Positions 28,389 through 37,298 are shown, numbered from the stretch's first letter. The stretch is DNA of 49,495 nucleotides from Candidatus Allocopromorpha excrementigallinarum (GCA_018714925.1 DVMP01000163.1:1-49495), one strand, 5' to 3'. Numbers and translations are program-made. The notes: a model not told the origin generated them from the sequence alone.

Positions 28389-31100
28389 ATGGGAAACACA
28401 CCTGAAAACAAAATAATACATGGAAAAGAAAGCCGGGAAAAGAATATCGTCATAGGCATTCTCGCCCACGTGGACAGCGGCAAAACCACTCTTTCGGAAG
28501 CTCTCCTTTATAAAACGGGAGTCATAAAAAAGCAGGGAAGAGTAGATCATGGGGATGCCTTTTTTGATACAGACAGCCAGGAGAGGGAAAGGGGCATAAC
28601 CATATTCTCAAAGCAGGCGGTGATGAAATATAACGGGATGCGAATTACGCTTTTTGATACTCCCGGTCATGTGGATTTTTCCGCTGAAACGGAGAGAACC
28701 CTGGAGGTTCTTGATTACGCCGTACTGGCAGTAAGCGGAAGAGACGGAGTGCAGGGCCATACGGCGACACTGTGGAAGCTTTTGGAAAGATATCGTGTGC
28801 CGGTTTTCATATTTGTAAACAAAATGGATATGGAAGGAACTGACAGAAATGCTCTGAGCCGGGAGCTGGCGGAAAGTCTTGACCAGGGCTGTCTGGACTT
28901 TTCGGGATATACAGAAGGAAAGACCTCTAAAGAGCTTATAGAAAAGCTGGCTCTCTGCGATGAAAGGCTCCTTGAGGAGTATCTTGGAAAGGGAAGCGTG
29001 AGCAGAGAGGCCGCGGCCAGGGCTGTAGCGGAGAGAAAGGTATTTCCGTGCTTTTTCGGATCCGCCCTCAGACTTGAGGGCGTAGATGAGCTTCTTGAAG
29101 GACTTGACTGTCTGACAGAGGGCAAAACCTACGGCAGGGATTTCGGAGCCAGAGTTTATAAAATAACAAGGGATGAAAGAAACACACGTCTTACCCATAT
29201 GAAAATAACGGGAGGAACTCTCCGGGTAAAGGATGTGGTATCTGCGACGGGGAAAGAGGAGGAAGGAGAAAAGGCAGAACAGATAAGGATATATTCGGGA
29301 GAAAAATACGAGACGGCGGAATCGGTTTCAGCAGGAGATATATGCGCTGTCGCGGGACTTAAAAAGACTTGTGCCGGTCAGAGGCTGGGAAAGGAAGGAA
29401 GTGCGCATAAAAGGACCGGGAAAAGCCCTGTTCTCCAGCCGGCCCTTGTTTACAGGGTGCTGCTTTCCGAGGGAGCGGATGTCCATGAGAGCTTTCTCAG
29501 AATAAAGGAGCTTGAAGAGGAGGATCCGCTGCTTCAGGCCGTATGGGACAGACAGACAGAGGAAATACAGCTTAGGCTCATGGGACCTGTGCAGCTTGAG
29601 ATACTGAAGAAAATCTTCAGAGAAAGATTTGATCTGGAGCTGGACTTTGGGGAAGGCTCCATAGCCTATAAGGAAACTATAAGAAAGCCTGTCATAGGGT
29701 CGGGACATTTTGAGCCTCTCAGGCATTACGCGGAGGTGCACCTTCTTATGGAGCCGGCAGAGAGAGGGAAGGGCCTCATATTTGACTCGGCGTGCAGTGA
29801 GGATGAGCTGGACAGGAACTGGCAGCGTCTCATAATGACTCATCTGAGGGAGAAGGAGCATACGGGAGTCCTTACAGGTTCTCCTGTAACGGATATAAAG
29901 ATAACTCTGGTAGCGGGACGAGCCCATTTAAAGCATACTGAAGGCGGCGATTTCAGACAGGCTGTGTACAGGGCGGTGAGACAGGGACTCAGAAAGGCGG
30001 AGTCGGTTCTTCTGGAGCCCTGGTACAGCTTCACACTGAAAATTCCGGCAGAAGCTGCGGGAAGAGCCATGTCGGATATAGGCAAAATGAGCGGCGAGTT
30101 TACGGAGCCTGAGATAAAGGAGGCGGCAGCTCTGATACGGGGAAGAGCTCCCGTGAAGGAGATGAAGGATTATTCCGTGGAGGTAAGCTCATATACAAAG
30201 GGGAGGGGAAGTCTTTCGCTGATCTTTGACGGCTATGAAGAATGCCATGACAGCGAAAGGGTTATAGAGGAGACAGGATACGATCCCGATAAGGATGGAG
30301 AAAATCCGGCGGATTCCATTTTCTGCAGAGGCGGAGCGGGAGTTTCCGTAAAGTGGAACGAAGCGGGAAAGTACTTTCACATAGACGGCGAAAAATATCT
30401 GAAGGGCCGGAAGTCTACGGCGGATGGAAAAAATGAAAACAGCCGTAATCAAAGAAGGCTTACCAAGGAAGAGGAAAAGGAGCTTGACCGCATCTTTGAA
30501 ATGACCTCCGGAAGGAATAAGAAGAAAAAGACCTTTGTTCCCAAAAAGACAATACTTTCCTCGGAAGAAAAGAAAAAAACAGAGCCAAAGTCCGCGAGAG
30601 TCCTTGAAGAGTACCTGCTGGTAGACGGATATAATATAATATTCGCGTGGAAACAGCTTAAGGAGCTGGCGGCGGTAAACATGGACTCGGCCCGCCAGGC
30701 TCTCATAGATATTCTCGCCAACTATCAGGGCTACAGAAAATGCAGGCTCATAGTGGTCTTTGACGCCTACAGGGTCAAGGGCGGAGAAAGGCATAAGGAA
30801 AAGCAGGGAGATATAGACATAATATACACCAGGGAGGCGGAGACTGCAGACATGTACATAGAAAGGACGGCCCATGAAAAGAGCCGCGATTTTCATGTGC
30901 GGGTAGCCACCTCCGACAGACTTGAACAGATGATAATTTTCGGAAGCGGCGCTTTTAAGGTGTCGGCCGACGAGTTTCAGGCGGAGGTGGAAGCCGCCGG
31001 CGCAGAGATATCGAGACTTCTTGAGGAATACAGCAGAAAAACGGCTGAAGAAGGAAAGAACAGAATAATTCTTCCGGAAAGGAAGGAAGAGAAAAAGTAA
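28389..31100 (+). CDS. Tet/EF-G-like translational GTPase fused to a C-terminal NYN (YacP/Rae1-type) RNase domain
   Basis: G1 AHVDSGKTT, G2 RGITI, G3 DTPGH, G4 NKMD, EF-G-like domains II-V, Lys-rich linker, then LLVDGYNIIFAW, IVVFDAY, ETADMYIE, VATSDRLEQ. Confidence 0.9.
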   Translation: MGNTPENKIIHGKESREKNIVIGILAHVDSGKTTLSEALLYKTGVIKKQGRVDHGDAFFDTDSQERERGITIFSKQAVMKYNGMRITLFDTPGHVDFSAETERTLEVLDYAVLAVSGRDGVQGHTATLWKLLERYRVPVFIFVNKMDMEGTDRNALSRELAESLDQGCLDFSGYTEGKTSKELIEKLALCDERLLEEYLGKGSVSREAAARAVAERKVFPCFFGSALRLEGVDELLEGLDCLTEGKTYGRDFGARVYKITRDERNTRLTHMKITGGTLRVKDVVSATGKEEEGEKAEQIRIYSGEKYETAESVSAGDICAVAGLKKTCAGQRLGKEGSAHKRTGKSPVLQPALVYRVLLSEGADVHESFLRIKELEEEDPLLQAVWDRQTEEIQLRLMGPVQLEILKKIFRERFDLELDFGEGSIAYKETIRKPVIGSGHFEPLRHYAEVHLLMEPAERGKGLIFDSACSEDELDRNWQRLIMTHLREKEHTGVLTGSPVTDIKITLVAGRAHLKHTEGGDFRQAVYRAVRQGLRKAESVLLEPWYSFTLKIPAEAAGRAMSDIGKMSGEFTEPEIKEAAALIRGRAPVKEMKDYSVEVSSYTKGRGSLSLIFDGYEECHDSERVIEETGYDPDKDGENPADSIFCRGGAGVSVKWNEAGKYFHIDGEKYLKGRKSTADGKNENSRNQRRLTKEEEKELDRIFEMTSGRNKKKKTFVPKKTILSSEEKKKTEPKSARVLEEYLLVDGYNIIFAWKQLKELAAVNMDSARQALIDILANYQGYRKCRLIVVFDAYRVKGGERHKEKQGDIDIIYTREAETADMYIERTAHEKSRDFHVRVATSDRLEQMIIFGSGAFKVSADEFQAEVEAAGAEISRLLEEYSRKTAEEGKNRIILPERKEEKK

Positions 31101-31128
31101 AAGCCCATATTATTGATTCCCTGACACC

Positions 31129-31157
31129 TTGACACCCAGACGCGGCAACAGTATAAT
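31129..31157 (+). promoter_or_regulatory. Consensus SigA promoter of the riboswitch-ribU transcript
   Basis: TTGACA-17 bp-TATAAT. Confidence 0.93.
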
Positions 31158-31171
31158 GTACTGGATGGAAG

Positions 31172-31310
31172 ATCTGTTTCAGGGCGAGGTGAAAGTCCTC
31201 ACCGGCGGTGATGAGCCAGCGCTCAAAGTCCGCGAACCCTGCTTATAAAGCGGGGCTGAACGGGTGAGAATCCCGTACCGACGGTTACAGTCCGGATGGA
31301 AGAAACGAGA
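31172..31310 (+). ncRNA. FMN riboswitch (RFN element)
   Basis: TTCAGGGCGAGGTGAAAGTCCTCACCGGCGGT...AGTCCGCGA...GGTGAGAATCCCGTACCGACGGTTACAGTCCGGATGGAAGAA follows the RFN consensus; lies upstream of an ECF S-component gene. Confidence 0.96.
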
Positions 31311-31343
31311 AAATATTCCCCATTTTAAGACGGGTATTTCCTG

Positions 31344-31374
31344 AGCCTTGGAAAAGCTTTCCGGGGCTTTTATT
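31344..31374 (+). terminator. Terminator of the riboswitch expression platform
   Basis: AGCCTTGGAAA-agc-TTTCCGGGGCT followed by TTTATT. Confidence 0.8.
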
Positions 31375-31445
31375 ATGAGAAGAACTCCGTCTCCTGACAG
31401 ATTCCCGAGACAATCTATACTTTAAACTTCGAGGAGGAATTTGAA

Positions 31446-32000
31446 ATGAATCAGAAAACGGTGAGACTTGCTAAGATGGGAATGCTGGTGGCGGTGTCAA
31501 TAGTACTTGTGTACTTTGTGCATTTTCCCATATTTCCCGCTGTAGCATTTCTTGAATACGACCCTGCCGACATTCCGATACTTATGGGAACATTTGCCTT
31601 CGGCCCTTTAGCCGGAATACTTCTTACGGTGGTAACCTCTGTGGTTCAGGGAGTCACCGTCAGCGCGGCCAGCGGCGTATACGGCATAATAATGCATATA
31701 ATAGCCACAAGCGTATTCGTGCTGGTGGCGGGAATAATATACAAGAAGAACAAAACAAAGAAGGGCGCGGTAATTTCTCTTATCTGCGGAATATTTGCCA
31801 TGGTCATAGTAATGATAGGAGCCAATATGGTTATAACTCCGCTGTTTATGGGAGTTCCGGCGCAGGTGGTATGGGATCTCATGCCTTTTATAGCCGGATT
31901 TAACGCCATAAAAGCGGGAATAAACGGATTCGTAACATTTCTGCTTTATAAGAGAATATCGGGATTTCTCCACGGGGATACCGTCTCAAAGGCTGCCTGA
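31446..32000 (+). CDS. ribU: ECF transporter S component, riboflavin-specific by context
   Basis: FPIFP...FL.YDPADIP...FAFGP..G, FN.IK motif, about 6 TM; FMN riboswitch upstream. Confidence 0.9.
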   Translation: MNQKTVRLAKMGMLVAVSIVLVYFVHFPIFPAVAFLEYDPADIPILMGTFAFGPLAGILLTVVTSVVQGVTVSAASGVYGIIMHIIATSVFVLVAGIIYKKNKTKKGAVISLICGIFAMVIVMIGANMVITPLFMGVPAQVVWDLMPFIAGFNAIKAGINGFVTFLLYKRISGFLHGDTVSKAA

Positions 32001-32026
32001 GAAAAAACACAACAAAGGGACTGATT

Positions 32027-32067
32027 ATGCCGCTTAAGGGAGATGGCCTGTTCTTGAGCGGCATTTT
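32027..32067 (+). terminator. Terminator after ribU, overlapping the tsaE -35 box
   Basis: ATGCCGCTTAAG / CTTGAGCGGCAT stem followed by TTT. Confidence 0.65.
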
Positions 32068-32091
32068 GATTTGTGTTATACTACATAAGTT

Positions 32092-32517
32092 ATGAAAGAG
32101 AAAATATTCAGAGTGAAAAATCAGGAAGAAACTGAAGCCCTGGCCCAAAGCCTTGCTCAAATGGCGGCGCCGGGTATGGTTATAGCCATGAGGGGAGATC
32201 TGGGGACGGGAAAAACAACCTTTACCAAGGCGTTTGCTAAAGGTCTCGGTATAGAGGAAACGGTGACCAGTCCGACCTTTAATATTGTAAAGGAATACAG
32301 GGGAGGAAGGATTCCTCTGTATCATTTTGACGTTTACAGAATAGACGATCCTGAGGAAATGTACGAGCTGGGGTACGAGGAATACTTTTACGGAGACGGA
32401 GTCTGCGCAGTAGAGTGGGCGGAGAAAATAGGAGAGCTTATTCCCGAAGATGCCGTGAGAATACACATATCCTACGGTGAAAAAGAAGGAGAACGCATAT
32501 ACAGATGTATATTTTAG
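32092..32517 (+). CDS. tsaE: tRNA t6A biosynthesis ATPase TsaE
   Basis: GDLGTGKTTF, VTSPTF, HFDVYR, VEWA. Confidence 0.96.
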   Translation: MKEKIFRVKNQEETEALAQSLAQMAAPGMVIAMRGDLGTGKTTFTKAFAKGLGIEETVTSPTFNIVKEYRGGRIPLYHFDVYRIDDPEEMYELGYEEYFYGDGVCAVEWAEKIGELIPEDAVRIHISYGEKEGERIYRCIF

Positions 32518-33248
32518 CTTTTGAAACAACAGGAGCCTTCGCGTCAGCGGCTCTGGCCGATGAAAAGGGAGTAATATCATACGTTCAGGGGAAGGACAGA
32601 TTTTCCCACCTTCAGAATCTTATGCCTCAGACAGAGCAGGTGATCCATGAGGGGGGAATTACCCTGAAGGAGCTGGCAGCCATAGCGGTATCAAAGGGAC
32701 CGGGCTCCTTTACGGGAATAAGAATAGGAGTGTCTTCGGCAAGAGCCCTGTCTCAGGCGCTTGATATTCCATGTGTGGGAGTTTCAAGTCTGGAGGCGCT
32801 GGCTTTAAACGCCGCCGCTGCCGCGGAGGAAGGAGCGCTCATATGTCCTGTGCTTGACGCCAGAAGAAGTCAGGTCTACGGAGGCGGATACCTTATAAAG
32901 GATGGTTTCCCCGAGGAAATAATAAAGGCGGCCCCTTACACTATAGAGGAGTTTATGGGGAAGGTCGCCGAATATGATCGAATATTGATGTTAGGCGATG
33001 GAACCGATGCCTGCGGGGAAATAATAGAAAAACTCAGGCCCGCGGGAAGAGAGACGGCAAAAGAAGCCGTAAGATATCAGAAGGCTGATTCTGTGGCGCG
33101 TCTGGCTCTTAAAATATTCAGGGAGGAAGGCGGAGTTCCTTACGGAAGGCTTCAGCCTGAATATATGCGCGTGGCGGAAGCGGAAAGACGTCTGGCGGAG
33201 AAGAGAAAGGCTCAGGGAAAAGGCGCCTTGCAGAAAGAGGAGAAATGA
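32505..33248 (+). CDS. tsaB: tRNA t6A biosynthesis protein TsaB
   Basis: ILAFETT, GPGSFTGIRIG, LDARR.QVY, PEYMR. Confidence 0.95.
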   Translation: MYILAFETTGAFASAALADEKGVISYVQGKDRFSHLQNLMPQTEQVIHEGGITLKELAAIAVSKGPGSFTGIRIGVSSARALSQALDIPCVGVSSLEALALNAAAAAEEGALICPVLDARRSQVYGGGYLIKDGFPEEIIKAAPYTIEEFMGKVAEYDRILMLGDGTDACGEIIEKLRPAGRETAKEAVRYQKADSVARLALKIFREEGGVPYGRLQPEYMRVAEAERRLAEKRKAQGKGALQKEEK

Positions 33249-33252
33249 TCAT

Positions 33253-33708
33253 ATGGCTGATATGATAATAAGACAGGCGGATGTCGGAGACGCGGAAGCC
33301 ATTTATCAGATAGAAAGACTGTGCTTTCCCGACCCCTGGAGCAGAGACTCGCTCATATACGAGCTGGGGGAAAACCCCAGAGCCTTTTATATAGTGGCGG
33401 TCCTTGATGAAAAGGTGGTAGGCTACGCGGGTATGTGGTGGATAGAGGATGAAGGCCACATAACAAATGTGGCGGTTATGCCGGGCTACAGAAACAGAAA
33501 AATCGGACAGGGAATAGTGGACGTTATGCTGGATTTTACATCAGGGGAAGGAATACGCCATCATACTCTCGAGGTGCGCCGTTCAAATGAAGCCGCTATA
33601 AAGCTTTATGAAAAAATGGGATTCAGAACAGAGGGAGTCCGCAGAGGCTATTACCTTAATAATGGGGAGGACGCCCTCATAATGTGGAGGCACGGACAGT
33701 CTGACTGA
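33253..33708 (+). CDS. rimI: Ribosomal protein S18 alanine N-acetyltransferase
   Basis: IE..CF..PWS, EGHITNVAV, TLEVR.SN..A..LY, R.GYY...GEDALIMW. Confidence 0.93.
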   Translation: MADMIIRQADVGDAEAIYQIERLCFPDPWSRDSLIYELGENPRAFYIVAVLDEKVVGYAGMWWIEDEGHITNVAVMPGYRNRKIGQGIVDVMLDFTSGEGIRHHTLEVRRSNEAAIKLYEKMGFRTEGVRRGYYLNNGEDALIMWRHGQSD

Positions 33709-33783
33709 ATAAAAAGCTTTCCTTCCACAGATAATACTTTTAAGACACCGGAAAAAGTATAGAGCTGTCAGCGGGAGGAAAGT

Positions 33784-33960
33784 ATGGATAAAAAAGCAGG
33801 AGACAATATGAATTTCGTCTCTACAGGATGCAGGAAATTTGCCAGAAGGCACGATTTTACTCTTTTCAGCATGAGCGATTACACTTCCTGTGAAAACTGC
33901 AGACATCTGAACGGAGAAAATCAATGTGAGAAAATGCTGGAAGAAGGACGGAAAAAATGA
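33784..33960 (+). CDS. 58-aa four-cysteine small protein (absent from the supplied ORF track)
   Basis: GGAGG at 33774-33778, ATG 33784, translation MDKKAGDNMNFVSTGCRKFARRHDFTLFSMSDYTSCENCRHLNGENQCEKMLEEGRKK; its TGA overlaps the tsaD ATG (ATGA 33957-33960). A second in-frame ATG at 33808 also has an AGGAG. Confidence 0.75.
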   Translation: MDKKAGDNMNFVSTGCRKFARRHDFTLFSMSDYTSCENCRHLNGENQCEKMLEEGRKK

Positions 33961-34976
33961 AGGAAAACAGGGAGCTTATAACACTTGCCATAGAATCCAG
34001 CTGTGACGAGACAGCGTGCGCCGTGTTAAGGGGAGGACGGGAAGTCCTCTCCAGCGTCATCTCGTCTCAGACAGAGATACATAAACAGTACGGAGGCGTG
34101 GTCCCTGAGATTGCCTCAAGGCATCATCTTACCAATATAAACGCCGTTGTTGACGAGGCTCTCCGCAGGGGAGGAATATCCCTTGGGGAGGCTGATATAA
34201 TAGGTGTTACATACGGGCCCGGTCTTGTGGGAGCCCTTCTTATAGGACTGGCTACGGCTAAGGCTTATGCCCTGGCTATGGGAAAGCCTCTTGTGGGAGT
34301 GCATCATATACACGGACATATATGCGCCAACTACATAGAACACAGAGATCTTGAGCCTCCGTTTCTGGCTCTGGTAATATCGGGAGGCCATACCAATATA
34401 GTAGAGGTAACGGGATATAATCAGTGCCGTGTACTGGGGTCAACAAGAGACGACGCGGCGGGAGAGGCCTTTGACAAGGTTGCCAGAGTGCTGGGGCTGG
34501 GATATCCCGGAGGCCCTCTCATAGACAGGCTGGCAAGGGAAGGAGATCCGAGAAGGGTGGAGTTTAAAAGGGTATTTCTGGAAAAGGGAAGCCTTGACTT
34601 CAGCTTCAGCGGTATAAAAACAGGAGTCCTCAATTATATAAATTCGGAAAAGCAGGCGGGACGCGAAATAAACAGAGCTGATGTAGCCGCGGGATTCCAG
34701 GCCGCGGTTCTGGAGGTTATAGTTGCCAAGACTGTATCGGCAGCCGTTAATATGAAAAAGGACAAAATAGTTCTGGCGGGAGGAGTCGCCGCCAACAGCA
34801 GGCTGAGAGAAATGTTTGAGGAGGAATGCGGCGGGAAGGGGCTGAGGCTTTTTTACCCGTCTCCCGTGCTGTGCACGGATAACGCCGCCATGATAGGCTG
34901 CGCGGCCTATTATAAATATACGGCGGGAGAAACAGATGACCTGACCCTGGATGCCATACCTGACCTTAAGCTTTAA
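33957..34976 (+). CDS. tsaD: tRNA t6A threonylcarbamoyltransferase TsaD
   Basis: LAIESSCDET, GGVVPEIASRHH, HHIHGH, SGGHT, DDAAGEAFDK, CTDNAAMI. Confidence 0.97.
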   Translation: MKENRELITLAIESSCDETACAVLRGGREVLSSVISSQTEIHKQYGGVVPEIASRHHLTNINAVVDEALRRGGISLGEADIIGVTYGPGLVGALLIGLATAKAYALAMGKPLVGVHHIHGHICANYIEHRDLEPPFLALVISGGHTNIVEVTGYNQCRVLGSTRDDAAGEAFDKVARVLGLGYPGGPLIDRLAREGDPRRVEFKRVFLEKGSLDFSFSGIKTGVLNYINSEKQAGREINRADVAAGFQAAVLEVIVAKTVSAAVNMKKDKIVLAGGVAANSRLREMFEEECGGKGLRLFYPSPVLCTDNAAMIGCAAYYKYTAGETDDLTLDAIPDLKL

Positions 34977-34987
34977 AGGGAGAATAT

Positions 34988-36946
34988 ATGATAGTATTAT
35001 CAGCGAAGGATTTGACAAAGACATATGGAACAGATGTTATACTGAAGGGGGTCTCCTTTCATATTAACAGAGGAGACAGAGTAGGAATAATAGGGGTAAA
35101 CGGGGCAGGCAAGACCACCCTTCTTAAGATGCTTACAGGAGAGATTAGCTGCGAGGAGGGGGAATTTTTCGTTTCTGCCGGTACGCGAATAGGATATCTT
35201 AAGCAGGATGGAGGCTTTGATTCGGAAAAGACGGTAATAGAGGAAGCGGAAGGCATCTTCTCCCATCTGGCTGCCATGGAGTCTGAGATGGAGGAGCTTC
35301 TCAGAGGGACCGAGGACCTTTCAGAGGAGGAAAGCAGAGAAAGGGCGGAGCGATACGACCTTGTTCACGAGAGATACAAAGACGGGGGAGGATATACATA
35401 TAAAAGCGAAATAAGAGGAATCCTTTCAAGCATGGCCTTTGACGAAGCTGACCTGGGAAAGAGGATATCATCTCTCAGCGGCGGGGAGAAGACGCGGCTG
35501 GCTTTAGCGTGTCTGCTTCTGAAAAAGCCGGATCTTCTTTTACTTGACGAGCCTACCAATCATCTGGATATAGGAACTCTAAAGTGGCTGGAGCAGTATC
35601 TCAAAGGGTACAGGGGCACTATGGTTCTCGTGTCTCATGACAGGTATTTTCTTAACGAGACCGTTACCAGGATATTTGAGATAGAAAACCACAGGCTCAG
35701 CGTATATGAAGGAAGCTATACCTTTTACGCCTCTGAAAGAAAGAAACGGCGGGAAGCTGAGCTGAGGAAATACGAAAAGCAGCAGAGGGAAATCCATCGC
35801 CAGGAGGATATAATAAGGCGTTTCAAGGAGAGAGGCACCGAAAAGCTGGCCAAAAGAGCGGCCTCCAGAGAAAAACGCCTGGCAGCCATGGAGATTATGG
35901 AAAGGCCGGAGGGAGAGAGAGGAAAAATGAAGCTCTCCTTCAGAGAAAATTTCAAAAGCGGACAGGATGTTCTGCTGGCGGAAAACATTTCAAAGAGCTT
36001 CGGACGCGGAGCACAAAGAAGGAAGCTGTTTGAAAACGCCGATCTTGATATAAAGCGTGGAGAAAGGGTATGTATAGTAGGAGCCAACGGCATAGGAAAG
36101 ACAACCCTTCTCAGGATACTGACGGAGGAGATTGCCGCTGATACGGGCCGTATTAAAATAGGCCACAACGTGCAGATAGGATACTATGATCAGGGGCAGC
36201 AGCGTCTGAACGGCTCAAATACTGTTATAGAGGAGCTGCAGGACGCCTACAGGCTTTACAGCGAGACGGAGCTCAGGAATATACTGGGGAGATTTCTGTT
36301 CAGAGGTGAGTCGGTCTTTCTTAAGGTGGGAGATCTCAGCGGAGGAGAAAAAGCCCGGCTGGCTCTTCTCAAGCTGATGCTTTCGGGAGCAAACCTTCTT
36401 TTGCTCGACGAGCCTACCAACCATCTTGATATAGAGTCAAAGGAGGTCTTTGAAGAGGCTCTTCTGGAATTTCCGGGCACCAGCATTATAGTTTCTCACG
36501 ACAGATATTTCCTTAACAGAATACCTACAAGAATAGCGGAGCTTACTTCTGAAGGGATAAGAAATTATCTGGGAAAATACGATTACTACGAAGAAAAAAG
36601 ACAGCAGACGGAGTCGGGAAAGAAATATCTCAGGCAGATGGCGGAGGAAACAAAATCAGCCTCGGGAAAAAAGGAGGATGATTACGGAGAGGGACTTTCG
36701 GCTGCCGAGAGACGAAGACTGCAGAAGGAAAGAGAGGCAGAGGAGAGACGCCTGAGAAGAAGGAAGGAGGCCCTTGAAGAGGAAATAGAAAGCCTTGAAA
36801 GAGACATAAAAAATCTGGAGGAGCAGGTCTCTCTCCAGGAGAACATGACTGATCATGTAAAGCTTGCTGAAATAAGCGGAGCTCTGGAGAAAAAAAGGAA
36901 AACACTGGAAGAAAAGTACGAAAATTGGCTTCAGCTGCAGGAATAA
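34988..36946 (+). CDS. ABC-F ribosome-associated ATPase (YdiF-like)
   Basis: Two ABC domains (GVNGAGKT / GANGIGKT, LSGGEK, DEPTNHLD twice), no TM, C-terminal coiled coil; position after tsaD as for Bacillus ydiF. Confidence 0.93.
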   Translation: MIVLSAKDLTKTYGTDVILKGVSFHINRGDRVGIIGVNGAGKTTLLKMLTGEISCEEGEFFVSAGTRIGYLKQDGGFDSEKTVIEEAEGIFSHLAAMESEMEELLRGTEDLSEEESRERAERYDLVHERYKDGGGYTYKSEIRGILSSMAFDEADLGKRISSLSGGEKTRLALACLLLKKPDLLLLDEPTNHLDIGTLKWLEQYLKGYRGTMVLVSHDRYFLNETVTRIFEIENHRLSVYEGSYTFYASERKKRREAELRKYEKQQREIHRQEDIIRRFKERGTEKLAKRAASREKRLAAMEIMERPEGERGKMKLSFRENFKSGQDVLLAENISKSFGRGAQRRKLFENADLDIKRGERVCIVGANGIGKTTLLRILTEEIAADTGRIKIGHNVQIGYYDQGQQRLNGSNTVIEELQDAYRLYSETELRNILGRFLFRGESVFLKVGDLSGGEKARLALLKLMLSGANLLLLDEPTNHLDIESKEVFEEALLEFPGTSIIVSHDRYFLNRIPTRIAELTSEGIRNYLGKYDYYEEKRQQTESGKKYLRQMAEETKSASGKKEDDYGEGLSAAERRRLQKEREAEERRLRRRKEALEEEIESLERDIKNLEEQVSLQENMTDHVKLAEISGALEKKRKTLEEKYENWLQLQE

Positions 36947-36961
36947 AATTCTTAAAAACTA

Positions 36962-36990
36962 TTGCATAAAGGTAATAGGTACTCTATAAT
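36962..36990 (+). promoter_or_regulatory. SigA promoter of acpP-rex
   Basis: TTGCAT-17 bp-TATAAT. Confidence 0.8.
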
Positions 36991-37070
36991 AAGTGGGAAG
37001 TTATCAAGGCGGAGCCTTGATTTAAGCAACTCTGTAAAGAACTTGATAATGTGTATAATGGAGGTATATC

Positions 37071-37298
37071 ATGACATTAGAAAAGATCAAAGGAATAATC
37101 GCGGAGCAGTTAGGAGTAGAAGAGGATGCGGTAAAAATGGAAACTCATCTCATGAAGGATCTTGAGGCGGATTCATTGGATGCCGTTGAAATTATAATGG
37201 CTATAGAAGATGAATTCGACATTGAAGTTCCTGATGAAGACGCTGAGAAGTTCCAGACCGTAAGCGACATTGTAAGCTACGTGGAAGGCAAGCTGTAG
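37071..37298 (+). CDS. acpP: Acyl carrier protein
   Basis: [20 protein letters not shown] phosphopantetheine site; GGAGGT RBS. Confidence 0.96.
   Translation: MTLEKIKGIIAEQLGVEEDAVKMETHLMKDLEADSLDAVEIIMAIEDEFDIEVPDEDAEKFQTVSDIVSYVEGKL

Noticed and set aside
28389-30400. Tetracycline resistance gene (tetM/tetW-like)
   Set aside because: Lacks the YSPVST domain IV loop, carries an NYN fusion, and has no mobile-element context.
37001-37050. SAM-I riboswitch (TTATCAAG...GGAG...GCAAC...GATAA fragments)
   Set aside because: Only about 50 nt, with no room for the P2 kink-turn, P3, P4 or pseudoknot, and the downstream gene is unrelated to methionine. Kept only as an unexplained structured leader.
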